Shown: piece by piece, positions 41,943-51,778 of the stretch
Numbering within the stretch: position 1 is the first letter of the stretch
How the letters are laid out: every line of letters begins with the position of its first letter
From: an uncultured Lysobacter sp.
GTDB taxonomy: Bacteria; Pseudomonadota; Gammaproteobacteria; Xanthomonadales; Xanthomonadaceae
Assembly (NCBI GenBank): GCA_966210725.1
Contig: CBIHLN010000004.1
Coordinates: 1,132-65,131, forward strand
DNA length: 64,000 nucleotides
Direction of reading: 5' to 3'
The notes under the pieces: model-generated
The model's database searches: none
The model's input: only the letters and a program-made list of their open reading frames with translations
Told to the model about the DNA's origin: nothing
Made by a program: the position numbers and the translations under genes

Positions 41943-42434
41943 GTGAACGACCCCGTCCCCTTCAATCAAGGCGCGCAGATTTTCTGCAGAAGGCGTTTAG
42001 CCGGGTTCACCTTGGTCGAGCTCATGCTCGCGATGGGAGTGCTGGCTGTCTTGCTGGCCCTGGCGCTGCCTGCCTACGCGGATTACAAGGAGCGGATCAA
42101 GGTAAAGCAGGCCATAACCGAGATCGGCGTTATCGGAGTTGGGGTCAAGGACTATTACGCCGAGAACGGCCACTACCCGGAAACACTTGGCAGAATTGGG
42201 CAGGCCATGGAAGATCCATGGGGCTCGCCCTATTACTACACCGACCTCAGCGGTAAGGGCGCCAAGGGAAAGGCGCGCAAGGACAAGAAGCTCAATCCAC
42301 TCAATTCCGACTTCGACTTGTTCAGCGCGGGTAAGGACGGTGTGTTCAAGACGCAGATATCCAACAAGGACAGTGCCGACGACATCATCCGGGCCAATGA
42401 CGGCCGCTTCATCGATCTCGCGTCCCAGTACTGA
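41943..42434 (+). CDS. Orphan GspG-like pseudopilin with a prepilin-type N-terminal cleavage/methylation domain
   Basis: 163 aa from GTG 41943. GFTLVELMLAMGVLAVLLALALPAY is a class III signal. DPWGSPYYY...DLFSAGKDG is GspG-like. The stretch is noticeably more AT-rich than its neighbours. Confidence 0.75.
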   Translation: MNDPVPFNQGAQIFCRRRLAGFTLVELMLAMGVLAVLLALALPAYADYKERIKVKQAITEIGVIGVGVKDYYAENGHYPETLGRIGQAMEDPWGSPYYYTDLSGKGAKGKARKDKKLNPLNSDFDLFSAGKDGVFKTQISNKDSADDIIRANDGRFIDLASQY

Positions 42435-42440
42435 GGTTCC

Positions 42441-45146
42441 ATGAAGGTCGAAGGCACCTTCCTGCGGAGCCGCATCGCGCGGCGCACGTTCCTGTACTTC
42501 TGCGCCGCGGCCCTGGGTCCGGTCCTGGTGCTTTCGCTCATGGCCTACCGCGCGCTGGACGACAGTTCTCGCCAGGCGCGCGATCGCGAGGTGGTGTCCG
42601 CCGCAAAGGCATACGCGTTCCAAGTGCTCGAGCGCCTCGATTCGGCCTCGTCAGTGCTTGAATTCCTGGCCGCAAGCCCGTCGGCGGATGGAGCGCGGTC
42701 GTATGGCGACCCGCCTCCGATGTTCCGGCAGGTCCGGGCCTTGCCAGGGCCCGCCGACGTGACGCGACTCCGGGCGGGCACGCGGGTGGTCGTGCGCCCG
42801 GTAGAGGGCGATCTGCCGGCTGTCACGCTCGTCCATGTTGCTGTTCCCGCGCCCGATAGCGCGGCACCCGCGACGGCGTGGATGGGCGAATTGGACCGTG
42901 CCTTCCTGTGGGGGCCCGACGAAGAGCTCGAGGACGGCCAGTCGGTCTGTGTGCGCGTGCAGGATGGGCCCATGCTCCATTGCGGTGGTGGGGCCTCAGC
43001 CGTCGACGCAGGTTCGGAGGTGCCTTCAGGCGAATGGACGCTGTTCCTCGGCGGCCGTTTCGACACGCCGTCCTGGGTGTTCACGACCTCGCTGCCTGCG
43101 CGCGGGGCCCTCGAGGCGCTCCCGGCGCTGCTCCGGAAGATCGGATGGATCTGGCTCGGCACGCTGCTGCTCGTTGCGTTGCTCAGTCTGCTCGTGATCC
43201 GCAGGACCATGCTCCCGCTGGAGGAGCTGATCGAACAGACGCGACGGATCCCGCTGGGTCTCAAGCGCGAACATCGCGCCCGGCGTAACGACGAGTTCGG
43301 TCGGTTGACGACCGCATTCGACGAAATGGGGGAGACGGTGGCGCGCCAGCTGGGTGCACTGCGTGCACTGTCGGCCGTGGATGAGAAGATCCTCCAGGGG
43401 CGCCCGCTCGGCGAGGTCGTCCACCTCGTGTTGGACCGGATCCGGCACCTGTTCCCGGATGCTCTCGTCGGCGTGGCGATCCTCCCGTCTCCCGAGAAAA
43501 AGGGCGGAATGTACTGGCGGGCGGCGGGCGACGGCACGATCCGGCGGTCACGGTTGTCGGACGCCGGCCAGGTCGGCACGGACGATCCTCCCGCGGAACA
43601 CTGGTGGCCCGCGCACCGGTTCGCGCCCGGGCGGGGCATCGCCGCGATGCTGGCCAGCGAAGGCGCTGCCCGCCTCTGGTACACCCCGTTGCGCACGGTG
43701 GAAGGGGTCGCGGGACAGCTCGCCGTCGGCATGGTGGATGAGGTCACGCCGCCGGACGCCGAGATGCACGAACTCAGCGAGATGGGCCGGCGCCTTGCGG
43801 TGGCGATGGCCAGCCAGGAGCGTGAGGCAAGGCTCATCAGCCAGGCCCGCCGCGATGCGTTGACGGGCCTGCCCAACCGCTTTGCGGCCCAGGAGGCATT
43901 GGCCGACATCGTGGCCGCCGCCGAACGGTCCGGTCACTCGGTCGCCGTGCTGTTCCTGGATCTCGACGGCTTCAAGGCGATCAATGACGGCCTGGGACAC
44001 GCGACCGGTGATCGCGTGCTCGTGCAGGCAGCCGGTCTCCTGGACAGCCTGGCGCCGGGAGGCAGCCAGTTCGTCGCGCGCTATGGGGGCGACGAGTTCC
44101 TGGTGATTCTGGCGCGCTCGGATGTCACGTCTGCGATCCGGGCGGCCGAGGAGGCGGTTTCGCGCCTGACGCGCCCGGTCGTGGTCGACGGCGTCGAGTT
44201 GTTCCTCGGCGTCAGCATCGGCATCGCGATGTACCCGGAGCATGCGACCGGCGTGGAGCGCCTGATACGACACTCCGACATCGCCATGTACGTGAGCAAG
44301 AAGTCCGGAGGCAATGGCGTGCGGATGTTCGAGCCCTGGATGACGGGTGATGCGACTGACCGGGTCCAGCTCGAGGCCGACCTTCATCGCGCGGTTGCCG
44401 CCGGCGAGGTGGCCGTCCACTTCCAGCCGGTGGTCGATACCCGTTCCGGACGGGTCGTCGGCGCCGAGGCATTGGCGCGCTGGAATCACCCCGCGCGTGG
44501 CCGCATCGCGCCTGACGTGTTCATTCCGCTGGCCGAGAGCAGCGGCCTCATCGAGGAGCTGGGCGGCCAGGTGCTTGAAGTCGCCTGCCGGGCATTTGCC
44601 TCGTGGAAGCGTACGGGGTTCGAACTGGGCAGCGTGGCGGTCAATGTCTCCGGACGGCAGTTGCAGTCGGCGCGGTTCGTGGAAACAGTCCAACGCGCGA
44701 TGGCACGGCATGGCATGGGACGTGGTGAGCTGGAGATCGAAGTCACCGAAAGCATGCTGATGGTGGATGTGGCGCGGGCCGCGGAGCGGCTGGCGGCGAT
44801 CCGCGCGCTCGGTGTCCACATCTCAGTGGATGATTTCGGTACCGGCTATTCGTCCCTGGCGTACCTGAAGGACCTGCCCGTGGACATCCTGAAGATCGAC
44901 CGTGCATTCATCTCGGAGATGAACACGTCGCCCGGTGGTTTCGCACTGGTCAAGGCCATCATCGCCATGGCCCATGCCACGGGGAAGTCGCTGATCGCGG
45001 AAGGGGTCGAGGATACGGCGCAGGTCGAGGCGCTGCGGGACATGGGCTGCGCCCGCATACAGGGCTACTGGTTTTCGCCACCGGTAGCGGAGGGCGTCAT
45101 GCCGTCGCTTCTCAGCTCAACCCTGGCCACCGGACCGCAGTCGTAG
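42441..45146 (+). CDS. Membrane sensor diguanylate cyclase/phosphodiesterase (periplasmic domain-TM-HAMP-GAF-like-GGDEF-EAL)
   Basis: 901 aa. Two TM segments flank a ~210-aa periplasmic region, followed by a HAMP-like segment. Motifs seen: RYGGDEFLV; EALARW; DDFGTGYSSL; KIDRAFI. Confidence 0.9.
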   Translation: MKVEGTFLRSRIARRTFLYFCAAALGPVLVLSLMAYRALDDSSRQARDREVVSAAKAYAFQVLERLDSASSVLEFLAASPSADGARSYGDPPPMFRQVRALPGPADVTRLRAGTRVVVRPVEGDLPAVTLVHVAVPAPDSAAPATAWMGELDRAFLWGPDEELEDGQSVCVRVQDGPMLHCGGGASAVDAGSEVPSGEWTLFLGGRFDTPSWVFTTSLPARGALEALPALLRKIGWIWLGTLLLVALLSLLVIRRTMLPLEELIEQTRRIPLGLKREHRARRNDEFGRLTTAFDEMGETVARQLGALRALSAVDEKILQGRPLGEVVHLVLDRIRHLFPDALVGVAILPSPEKKGGMYWRAAGDGTIRRSRLSDAGQVGTDDPPAEHWWPAHRFAPGRGIAAMLASEGAARLWYTPLRTVEGVAGQLAVGMVDEVTPPDAEMHELSEMGRRLAVAMASQEREARLISQARRDALTGLPNRFAAQEALADIVAAAERSGHSVAVLFLDLDGFKAINDGLGHATGDRVLVQAAGLLDSLAPGGSQFVARYGGDEFLVILARSDVTSAIRAAEEAVSRLTRPVVVDGVELFLGVSIGIAMYPEHATGVERLIRHSDIAMYVSKKSGGNGVRMFEPWMTGDATDRVQLEADLHRAVAAGEVAVHFQPVVDTRSGRVVGAEALARWNHPARGRIAPDVFIPLAESSGLIEELGGQVLEVACRAFASWKRTGFELGSVAVNVSGRQLQSARFVETVQRAMARHGMGRGELEIEVTESMLMVDVARAAERLAAIRALGVHISVDDFGTGYSSLAYLKDLPVDILKIDRAFISEMNTSPGGFALVKAIIAMAHATGKSLIAEGVEDTAQVEALRDMGCARIQGYWFSPPVAEGVMPSLLSSTLATGPQS

Positions 45147-45161
45147 CGTCGTCCCTGAGGC

Positions 45162-45755
45162 TCAGGCCGCTTCGTCGTTGGGCAGGCACGTGTCGACGCG
45201 CGCGAACCACTCGCCGTCCTGGGGGACGAACATCGAGCAGGCCTGCATCGGGCCCTTGTAGATGTGGACCGACACCGCCACCGCGTCCTGCCGGGTGTTG
45301 CGGATGGTGTGGTACTCGTGCGGCGGAATCAGGCTGCCGGCGCTGCCGGGGCCCGCGACCATGCCCCCCGCGGCGCGGAACCGGAACCGGTCGCCCTCGC
45401 GCTCGAGCAGTTCGTACTGGGTGATCTCCAGCTCGCCGTCCCACACGCCCTCCACGCACCACAGCCCGCAGTGGTCGTGCACCGGCGTGCCCTGGCCCGG
45501 GCCCCACGTCATCGCCACCACGCTGTAGCCCAGTTCCGGGCTGCGGTAGATCTCGCGGCGCGCGTAGTGGTCGTCGATCGGGTCGAACACGCACGCCGGC
45601 AGGCTGACGTCGCGGTCGCGGATCATCCGGCACAGGGTGTTGCGCAGCGCGGAGGTGACGGCGTGTTCGTCGCCGGCGGAGACCGCCTGGTCGAGCGCAT
45701 GGACCAGCTTGTCGTGGCCGGGGAAGTCGATGTCGGGCAGGGCGGCAGCGTTCAT
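45162..45755 (-). CDS. Cysteine dioxygenase type I family (cupin) protein
   Basis: 197 aa. The cupin His motif is GQGTPVHDHCGLWCVEGVWDGELE, with a second His in PPHEYHTIRN. Confidence 0.7.
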   Translation of the reverse strand: MNAAALPDIDFPGHDKLVHALDQAVSAGDEHAVTSALRNTLCRMIRDRDVSLPACVFDPIDDHYARREIYRSPELGYSVVAMTWGPGQGTPVHDHCGLWCVEGVWDGELEITQYELLEREGDRFRFRAAGGMVAGPGSAGSLIPPHEYHTIRNTRQDAVAVSVHIYKGPMQACSMFVPQDGEWFARVDTCLPNDEAA

Positions 45756-45859
45756 GCCGGGGATTTTACGCGGGTGGGGCGGCGGCTGCCGGATGGAGGT
45801 CTTTGCTCCCCCTCCCGCGTGCAGGGGCAGGAGCTCACCCCGGGTGGCCGGAATCGGCC

Positions 45860-46996
45860 CTATTCCAATCCATCCAGGAACGACCGCACTGCCGGGCCGA
45901 AGCGCGCGATGTCGACCAGGAAGGCGTCATGGCCCTGTGGCGATTCCAGCGGCACGAAACGCGCCTGCGCGCCGCCGTCGCGCAGGCCGTCGGCGATCTC
46001 CTGCTGCTGCTGCAGGGGGAAGAGGATGTCGGTGTGCACGCCGATGGCCAGGGCTCTCTCGACGGTGATCTTCGCCAGGCCGGCGCGGGTCTGGCCGTCG
46101 CTGGGGCCGCCGCGGCGCTCGCAGTAGTCGCCCAGGTCGAACCAGTCCATCGACCGGCTGAGGTAGAGGTAGCAGTTGGGGTCGAAGCGCCGCACGAAGC
46201 GGCGGGCGTGCGCTTCCAGGTAGCTTTCGACTTCGAACTCCAACCCGAACGGCTCGTCATCGGCGCGGTCCGAGTCCAGCCTCACGCGCCCGAAGCGGCC
46301 GTCCCACTCCAGTGCGGACCGGTAGGTGATCACGCCCAGCTTGCGCGCCATGCGCATGCCGGACTCGGGGTAGTGGTCGTCGTCGTAGTCGCCGCCATTC
46401 CACTGCGGGTCCAGGCGGATGGCCTCGCGCTGGAGCGAGCGGATCGCGATGGAGAACGGCAGTGCGCGCGCCGCACCCGAGATGTTGATATGGCTGCGCG
46501 CGATGCCCGGATGCCGCACCAGCAGCGCCAGCGCGGTCATGCCGCCCATCGAATTGCCGACCACGCAGGCCAGGCGGTCGATGCCGAGTTCGCGGACCAC
46601 GCACAACGCGGCCTCGGCGCCGTCCTCGATCGACAGTTCGGGAAACGCCAGCCGGTAGGGTGCGCCGGTCGCGGGGTCGACCGACGCCGGGCCCGTGGAC
46701 CCCTTGCAGCTGCCCAGCGAGTTGACGCAGACCACGAACCAGCGGTCGGTGTCGATCGGCTTGCCTGGGCCGACCATGGCGTCCCACCAGCCCGCTTCCG
46801 GGTTGGCGTCGCTGGCGGCGGCGTGCGCGTCGGGCGACAGGCCCGTCAGGATCAGCACCGCGTTGTCGCGCGCCGCGTTGAGCACGCCCCACGTCTCGTA
46901 CGCCACCCGCGCGCCGTGGAGCACGCCGCCGCGCCGCATCGGGAACGGGTCGGGCAGGGCAACGAAGCGGGTACCGGGCGGGATGAATTCGGTCAT
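45860..46996 (-). CDS. metX: Homoserine O-acyltransferase MetX
   Basis: 378 aa from ATG 46996. Segments GGVLHGARVAYETWG, the nucleophile elbow GNSMGGM and the C-terminus SPQGHDAFL are present. Confidence 0.9.
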   Translation of the reverse strand: MTEFIPPGTRFVALPDPFPMRRGGVLHGARVAYETWGVLNAARDNAVLILTGLSPDAHAAASDANPEAGWWDAMVGPGKPIDTDRWFVVCVNSLGSCKGSTGPASVDPATGAPYRLAFPELSIEDGAEAALCVVRELGIDRLACVVGNSMGGMTALALLVRHPGIARSHINISGAARALPFSIAIRSLQREAIRLDPQWNGGDYDDDHYPESGMRMARKLGVITYRSALEWDGRFGRVRLDSDRADDEPFGLEFEVESYLEAHARRFVRRFDPNCYLYLSRSMDWFDLGDYCERRGGPSDGQTRAGLAKITVERALAIGVHTDILFPLQQQQEIADGLRDGGAQARFVPLESPQGHDAFLVDIARFGPAVRSFLDGLE

Positions 46997-47063
46997 GCCG
47001 GGCGGATCCTTCTGGCGGCGTGGAGTCACGGGCCCGGCATTGTGCCTCGTCGGGCCAGTGCGA

Positions 47064-48089
47064 TCAGCGCACGTCCTGGTCGATGAGCAGCGCGATGCGC
47101 GATTGCGCGCCCGGTGCGGCATGCACCGGCGCCGAAGTGAAATCACCCGCCTGCGCGGCGGCGTCGCCCCGCATGGACACGCGCGCGACCACCTCGACCG
47201 TGTCCAGCTGCGACAGCCTGAGCGTCGGCATCGGGCTGTCGCCGTCGTCGAGCGTCACCACCGTGGGCAGCGCGGACACCGGCAGCCGCTCCACGGCCAC
47301 CGGCATCGGCGGACCTTCGAGCTGGCGCGCGATCACGTACACGACCGCACCTTCGGGCAGGCGCATGGCCAGCTGTGGATCCAGCGACACGCTGGCGGTG
47401 ATGCCCGGGCCGGGCCCCGTCGCCGCGCCCGGCGCCGGGGCGGCCGCGACCGCGGCAGGCAGCGGCGGCAGGCCGGCTTCCTTGCGCGCGATGTCGATCT
47501 GTTCGCGCAAGGGCGCGGCCGTGGTGGGGTCGACGATGCCGAGCAAGGGCTCCCACGTGGCTGCGGCGTCGGCGTGCTGGCCGCGCTGGCGCTGCGCGAT
47601 GCCCAGGAACCAGCGGCTGCGCTGGTGCATCGGTTGCACCTGCAGGGCGCGCTGCAGCAGGTCGATGGCCGTGTCGTCGAAGCGACGGTTGTCGCTGGCC
47701 AGCGCACGCGACTCGGCGGCTTCGGCCAGCAGGTCGGCGTCGTCAGGCGCCAGCGCGACGGCACGGGCAAAGGCATCGCGCGCGTCGTTCGTGCGGGCTT
47801 CAGCGGCGTAGGCGCGCGCCAGCAGGCGCCAGCCCTCGGCCTGCGACGGGTCGCGCTCCAGCGCCTCTTCGAGGCTGGCGATCGCTTCGGGCAGCGTTTC
47901 CGGCGGCCGGCGCTTGGCAGGGTCCAGCGCCTCGGGGTTGCCGACCGCGAGGTACAGCGTGCCGGCCAGCACGGCGAGCAGGACAACCGCGGCCAGTCCC
48001 GGCACGCGTGCCTGCCGCCACAGCGGCGCGGTCGCCCAGGCCAGGGCGCCGAGGGCCAGCAACGCGGCCAGGGTCACGAACAGCGCCAT
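47064..48089 (-). CDS. ccmI: c-type cytochrome biogenesis protein CcmI (TPR)
   Basis: An N-terminal TM pair is followed by TPR-like repeats (GWRLLARAYAAEARTNDARDAFARAVALAP). ATG 48089 shares 1 nt with the ccmH stop; GTG 48095 is the alternative. Confidence 0.85.
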   Translation of the reverse strand: MALFVTLAALLALGALAWATAPLWRQARVPGLAAVVLLAVLAGTLYLAVGNPEALDPAKRRPPETLPEAIASLEEALERDPSQAEGWRLLARAYAAEARTNDARDAFARAVALAPDDADLLAEAAESRALASDNRRFDDTAIDLLQRALQVQPMHQRSRWFLGIAQRQRGQHADAAATWEPLLGIVDPTTAAPLREQIDIARKEAGLPPLPAAVAAAPAPGAATGPGPGITASVSLDPQLAMRLPEGAVVYVIARQLEGPPMPVAVERLPVSALPTVVTLDDGDSPMPTLRLSQLDTVEVVARVSMRGDAAAQAGDFTSAPVHAAPGAQSRIALLIDQDVR

Positions 48090-48559
48090 CACCACTCCTG
48101 CCCATCGTCTTCAGGCACCACGCGCGCGCCGCGACGGCGTACCGCCAGCACCACCGCGACGCCGCCGGCCAGCAGCACCAGCGCCGGCCCGAACCACAGC
48201 AGCCACGTGTTGGATTTCAGCTCGGGCCGGTACAGCACGAACTCGCCGTACCGCGTGACGAGGAACTCCTTGATCTCCTCGTCCGAGCGGCCGGCGTGCA
48301 TCAGGTCCAGCACCTCGCGGCGCAGGTCGTGCGCGATCTGGGCGTCGGAGTCGGCCAGCGACTGGTTCTGGCACATCACGCAGCGCAGCTCGGCGACCAG
48401 GGCGTGGAAGCGGCGCTCCTCGGCGGTGTCGGTGAACTGCAGCGGCGTGGGGTCGGCGTTGGCCTGTGCGAGGACCGGCAGCGGCATCGACGCCAGCGCG
48501 AGCAGCGCGCACAGCACCAGCAGCGCCGTGTGCAGGCGACGGGCGGGCGGGCGCGTCAC
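48089..48559 (-). CDS. ccmH: Cytochrome c-type biogenesis protein CcmH
   Basis: 156 aa from GTG 48559, overlapping the ccmG stop (GTGA). It has a signal peptide and the motif LRCVMCQNQSLADS. Confidence 0.88.
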   Translation of the reverse strand: MTRPPARRLHTALLVLCALLALASMPLPVLAQANADPTPLQFTDTAEERRFHALVAELRCVMCQNQSLADSDAQIAHDLRREVLDLMHAGRSDEEIKEFLVTRYGEFVLYRPELKSNTWLLWFGPALVLLAGGVAVVLAVRRRGARVVPEDDGQEW

Positions 48560-49140
48560 AGCGACTGCTCCGTCGGGATGCGCTCGACCGCCTGCAGCGC
48601 AGGCAACAATTCGTCCTGGATGATCCCGTCGGTGACGGTGCCCACGTGCTTCCAGCGCACCACGCCGTTGGCATCGACCAGGAAGGTTTCGGGCGCGCCG
48701 TAGATGCCCCAGTCGATGGCGGTGCGGCCGTCCGGGTCGACCAGCACCATCCAGTACGGGTTGCCGAACTGCTCCAGCCAACGCAGCGCGTCGGTTCGCT
48801 CGTCCTTGAGGTTGTAGCCGATCACGCGCACCCGCTTGGTCTCGGCGAAGCGCGTCAGCACCGGGTGCTCGACGCGGCACTCCGGGCACCAGCTGCCCCA
48901 GACATTGAGCAGGTACGGCGCGCCACGCAGGTCCTGGCCTGAGACCATGCGGCCGGGTTCGTGCAGCAGCGGCAGCGAGAACTCGGGTGCGGGGCGGTCG
49001 ATCAGTGCCGAGGGCAGGGCGTCGCGGCCGGGGTTGCGGCTCATCCACACGCCCGCGGCCAGCAGCACGCCCAGCGCCGCCACCACCATCAGCGGCAGCC
49101 AGCGGGCGAGGGACGGACGGGCGGCAGCGGGGTCGGTCAT
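48556..49140 (-). CDS. ccmG: Thiol:disulfide interchange protein DsbE/CcmG
   Basis: 194 aa from ATG 49140, overlapping the ccmF stop (ATGA). It has a TM anchor, the motif WGSWCPEC and the segment GVYGAPETF-like (GIYGAPETFLVD). Confidence 0.92.
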   Translation of the reverse strand: MTDPAAARPSLARWLPLMVVAALGVLLAAGVWMSRNPGRDALPSALIDRPAPEFSLPLLHEPGRMVSGQDLRGAPYLLNVWGSWCPECRVEHPVLTRFAETKRVRVIGYNLKDERTDALRWLEQFGNPYWMVLVDPDGRTAIDWGIYGAPETFLVDANGVVRWKHVGTVTDGIIQDELLPALQAVERIPTEQSL

Positions 49141-51071
49141 CGCGAAGGCTCGGTTTCGGGGGCGATCGGCTTGCGGAAGCGGCGGTCGGTGGCAGTGACG
49201 AAACCGCCCAGCATCATCAGCAGCGCGCCCGCCCATATCCAGCGGACGAACGGCTTGACGTGCACGCGCAGCGCCCACGCGCCATCGCCCAGCGGCTCGC
49301 CGAGGGCGACATACAGGTCGCGGGTGACGCCGGGGATCAGCGCCGCCTCGGTCATGACCTGGCCGCCGGCCGCGTAGGCGCGTTTCTCCGGGTGCATGAC
49401 CGCGATGCGGTGCTCACCGTTGAAGACCGTGACGGTGCCGCGGTCGGCCAGGAAGTTCGGCCCCTGCACCTTGTCGACGCCGTCGAAGCGGAAGCGGTAG
49501 TCGCCCAGGGTGACGTGGTTGCCCGGCGCCACCGCGACCTCGCGCTGGCGGTTGAGGCCTTCGGTGAGCAGCGCGCCGACCAGGAACACCGCGATGCCCA
49601 GGTGCGCCAGGATCATGCCCGCCATTTCCGGAGTGAAGCGGCCGTTGGCGCGCAGGCGCGACCACACGAAGCGCAGCGTGCCACCCGCCACCCATACCGC
49701 ACCGAAGATGCCCGCGGCCACCTTCCACGCGCCCTGCGGGGCCAGGAAGAACGCGCCGGCGCCGGCGATCAGTGCGACCACCAGCCACGGCACCAGCATC
49801 GCCAGCGGCCGGGAGGCCTGCTCGCGCTGCCAGCGCGTCAGCGCGCCAAAGGGCACCAGCAGCACCAGCGGCGCCATCAGCAGGATGAACATCAGCGCGA
49901 AGTACGGCGGGCCCACCGAGATCTTGCCCAGCCCCAGCGCGTCAGCCAGCAGCGGGTACAGCGTGCCGATCAGCACCATGGCGCAGGCGGTCACCAGCAG
50001 CAGGTTGTTGGCCAGCAGCAGCGTCTCGCGCGAGGCCGGCGCGAACGGCTTGCCGTCGTTGAGCGTGGACGGCGCGCGCAGCGCGTACAGCAGCAGCGAG
50101 CCGCCGATCACGAGGCCCAGGAACACGAGGATGAAGAGGCCGCGCGAGGGGTCGGCGGCGAAGCTGTGCACGCTGGTGAGCACGCCCGAGCGCACCAGAA
50201 ACGCGCCCAGCAACGACAGCGAGAAGGTGGCGATGGCCAGCAGCAGCGTCCAGCTGCGGAAGCTCCCGCGCTTCTCGGTGACCGCCTGCGAGTGGATCAG
50301 CGCCGCGCCGGCCAGCCACGGCATGAAGCTGGCGTTCTCGACCGGGTCCCAGAACCACCAGCCGCCCCAGCCCAACTCGTAGTAGGCCCACCAGCTGCCC
50401 AGTGCGATGCCCAGCGTCAGGAAGGCCCACGCGATGTTGGTCCACGGCCGTGTCCAGCGCAGCCAGCGCGTGTCGACACGGCCGTCCAGCAGCGCGGCGA
50501 TGGCGAAGGCGAACGACACCGCGAACCCGACGTAGCCGAAGTACAGCATCGGCGGGTGGATGATCATGCCCGGGTCCTGCAGAAGCGGGTTGAGGTCGCG
50601 CCCTTCAACCGCCGCCGGTAGCAACCGCGCGAACGGGTTGCTGGTGAAGATCAGGAACGCCAGGAACCCCGCCGCGACCACACCCATCACGCCCAGCACG
50701 CGGGCGCTGACCGTGGCCGGCAGCGTGTGCGAGAAGCGCGCGACCGCGGCGGTCCACAGCGCGATCACCAGCGTCCACAGCAGCAGCGAGCCCTCGTGCG
50801 AGCCCCACACCGCGGTGATGCGGTAGACCATCGGCAGCAGCGTGTTGCTGTGCTGGGCCACGTAGCCGACGGAAAAGTCCTGCGCGATGAACGCATGCGT
50901 CAGCAGGCCGTAGGCGAGGGCGACCAGCGCCAGCTGTGCGTACGCAGCCGGTCGCGCAACCGCCATCCAGGGCGTTACGCCGCGATGGGCGCCCGCCAGC
51001 GGCAGCACCGCCTGAAGCAGCGCGACCAGCAGGGCCAGCACCAGGGCGACCTGGCCGAGCTCAGGCAGCAT
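49137..51071 (-). CDS. ccmF: Heme lyase CcmF
   Basis: 644 aa. The WWD domain is WGGWWFWDPVENASFMPW, in a multi-TM protein. Confidence 0.95.
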   Translation of the reverse strand: MLPELGQVALVLALLVALLQAVLPLAGAHRGVTPWMAVARPAAYAQLALVALAYGLLTHAFIAQDFSVGYVAQHSNTLLPMVYRITAVWGSHEGSLLLWTLVIALWTAAVARFSHTLPATVSARVLGVMGVVAAGFLAFLIFTSNPFARLLPAAVEGRDLNPLLQDPGMIIHPPMLYFGYVGFAVSFAFAIAALLDGRVDTRWLRWTRPWTNIAWAFLTLGIALGSWWAYYELGWGGWWFWDPVENASFMPWLAGAALIHSQAVTEKRGSFRSWTLLLAIATFSLSLLGAFLVRSGVLTSVHSFAADPSRGLFILVFLGLVIGGSLLLYALRAPSTLNDGKPFAPASRETLLLANNLLLVTACAMVLIGTLYPLLADALGLGKISVGPPYFALMFILLMAPLVLLVPFGALTRWQREQASRPLAMLVPWLVVALIAGAGAFFLAPQGAWKVAAGIFGAVWVAGGTLRFVWSRLRANGRFTPEMAGMILAHLGIAVFLVGALLTEGLNRQREVAVAPGNHVTLGDYRFRFDGVDKVQGPNFLADRGTVTVFNGEHRIAVMHPEKRAYAAGGQVMTEAALIPGVTRDLYVALGEPLGDGAWALRVHVKPFVRWIWAGALLMMLGGFVTATDRRFRKPIAPETEPSR

Positions 51072-51116
51072 CGCGACCCATCCCGTCCAGGCACGCGGCG
51101 CCCACGGACAGCGCCA

Positions 51117-51611
51117 TCAGTACGCCGCTCCGTCGGCGGCGGCGTCCGCGGCTGGCGCGTCGACATCGTGCTTGCGGTGCGCCTGGCCCATCTTGTCGGC
51201 GACTTCCTTGGGCATGTAGGTCTCGTCGTGCTTGGCCAGCAGTTCTTCGGCCACGAACACGTCGCCCTGCATGCGGCCGGTGGCGACCACCGCCTGGTTC
51301 TCGCGGAACAGGTCGGGGAGGATGCCGGTGTAGGACACGGGCAGCTCGGCGTCGCCGTCGGTGACGCGGAAGTGCGCCTCCATCGAGCCGCTGGGGCGGT
51401 CGAACGAGCCCTTGGCGACCATGCCGCCCAGTCTGAAGCGGGCGGTGCCGTCGCTCACCTGCGGGCCGGCTTCGCCGGTCAGCACTTCGTTGGGTGTGTA
51501 GAGGTAGGCCACGTTGCGCTGCAGCGCCATCGCGACCAGCGCGGCCGCGATGCCGGCGGCGGCGACCAGCGCGAGGATCCAGGTCAGGCGGCGGCGACGG
51601 GTGGGGTTCAT
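51117..51611 (-). CDS. ccmE: Cytochrome c maturation heme chaperone CcmE
   Basis: 164 aa from ATG 51611. It has a TM anchor and an OB fold. The heme-binding region is [11 protein letters not shown] (HxxxY). Confidence 0.92.
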   Translation of the reverse strand: MNPTRRRRLTWILALVAAAGIAAALVAMALQRNVAYLYTPNEVLTGEAGPQVSDGTARFRLGGMVAKGSFDRPSGSMEAHFRVTDGDAELPVSYTGILPDLFRENQAVVATGRMQGDVFVAEELLAKHDETYMPKEVADKMGQAHRKHDVDAPAADAAADGAAY

Positions 51612-51778
51612 CGGGTCAACTCGTTGGGATTCATGCCCGCGCGCGGGGCGGCGCGGGCGGCGCGCTGGCGGGCGGCCCGCATGGCGCGGCGGATCTGCAG
51701 GCGCGGGGCGATGAACTCGTAGGCCATCACCAGCACGAACACCGCGTAGGCCGCGACCACGTATTCCAGGTAGCTCAT
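51608..51778 (-). CDS. ccmD: Heme exporter protein CcmD
   Basis: 56 aa ([31 protein letters not shown]...). It has ATGA overlaps with ccmC upstream and ccmE downstream. Confidence 0.85.
   Translation of the reverse strand: MSYLEYVVAAYAVFVLVMAYEFIAPRLQIRRAMRAARQRAARAAPRAGMNPNELTR

Noticed and set aside
46695-48623. 642-aa plus-strand ORF across metX, ccmI and ccmH. Similar cases are 48987-50621, 50727-51722 and 52496-53354, which lie across the ccm genes.
   Set aside because: The opposite strand encodes the complete ccm operon with diagnostic WWD, CxxC and HxxxY motifs. The plus-strand translations are Arg/Gln/His-rich nonsense.
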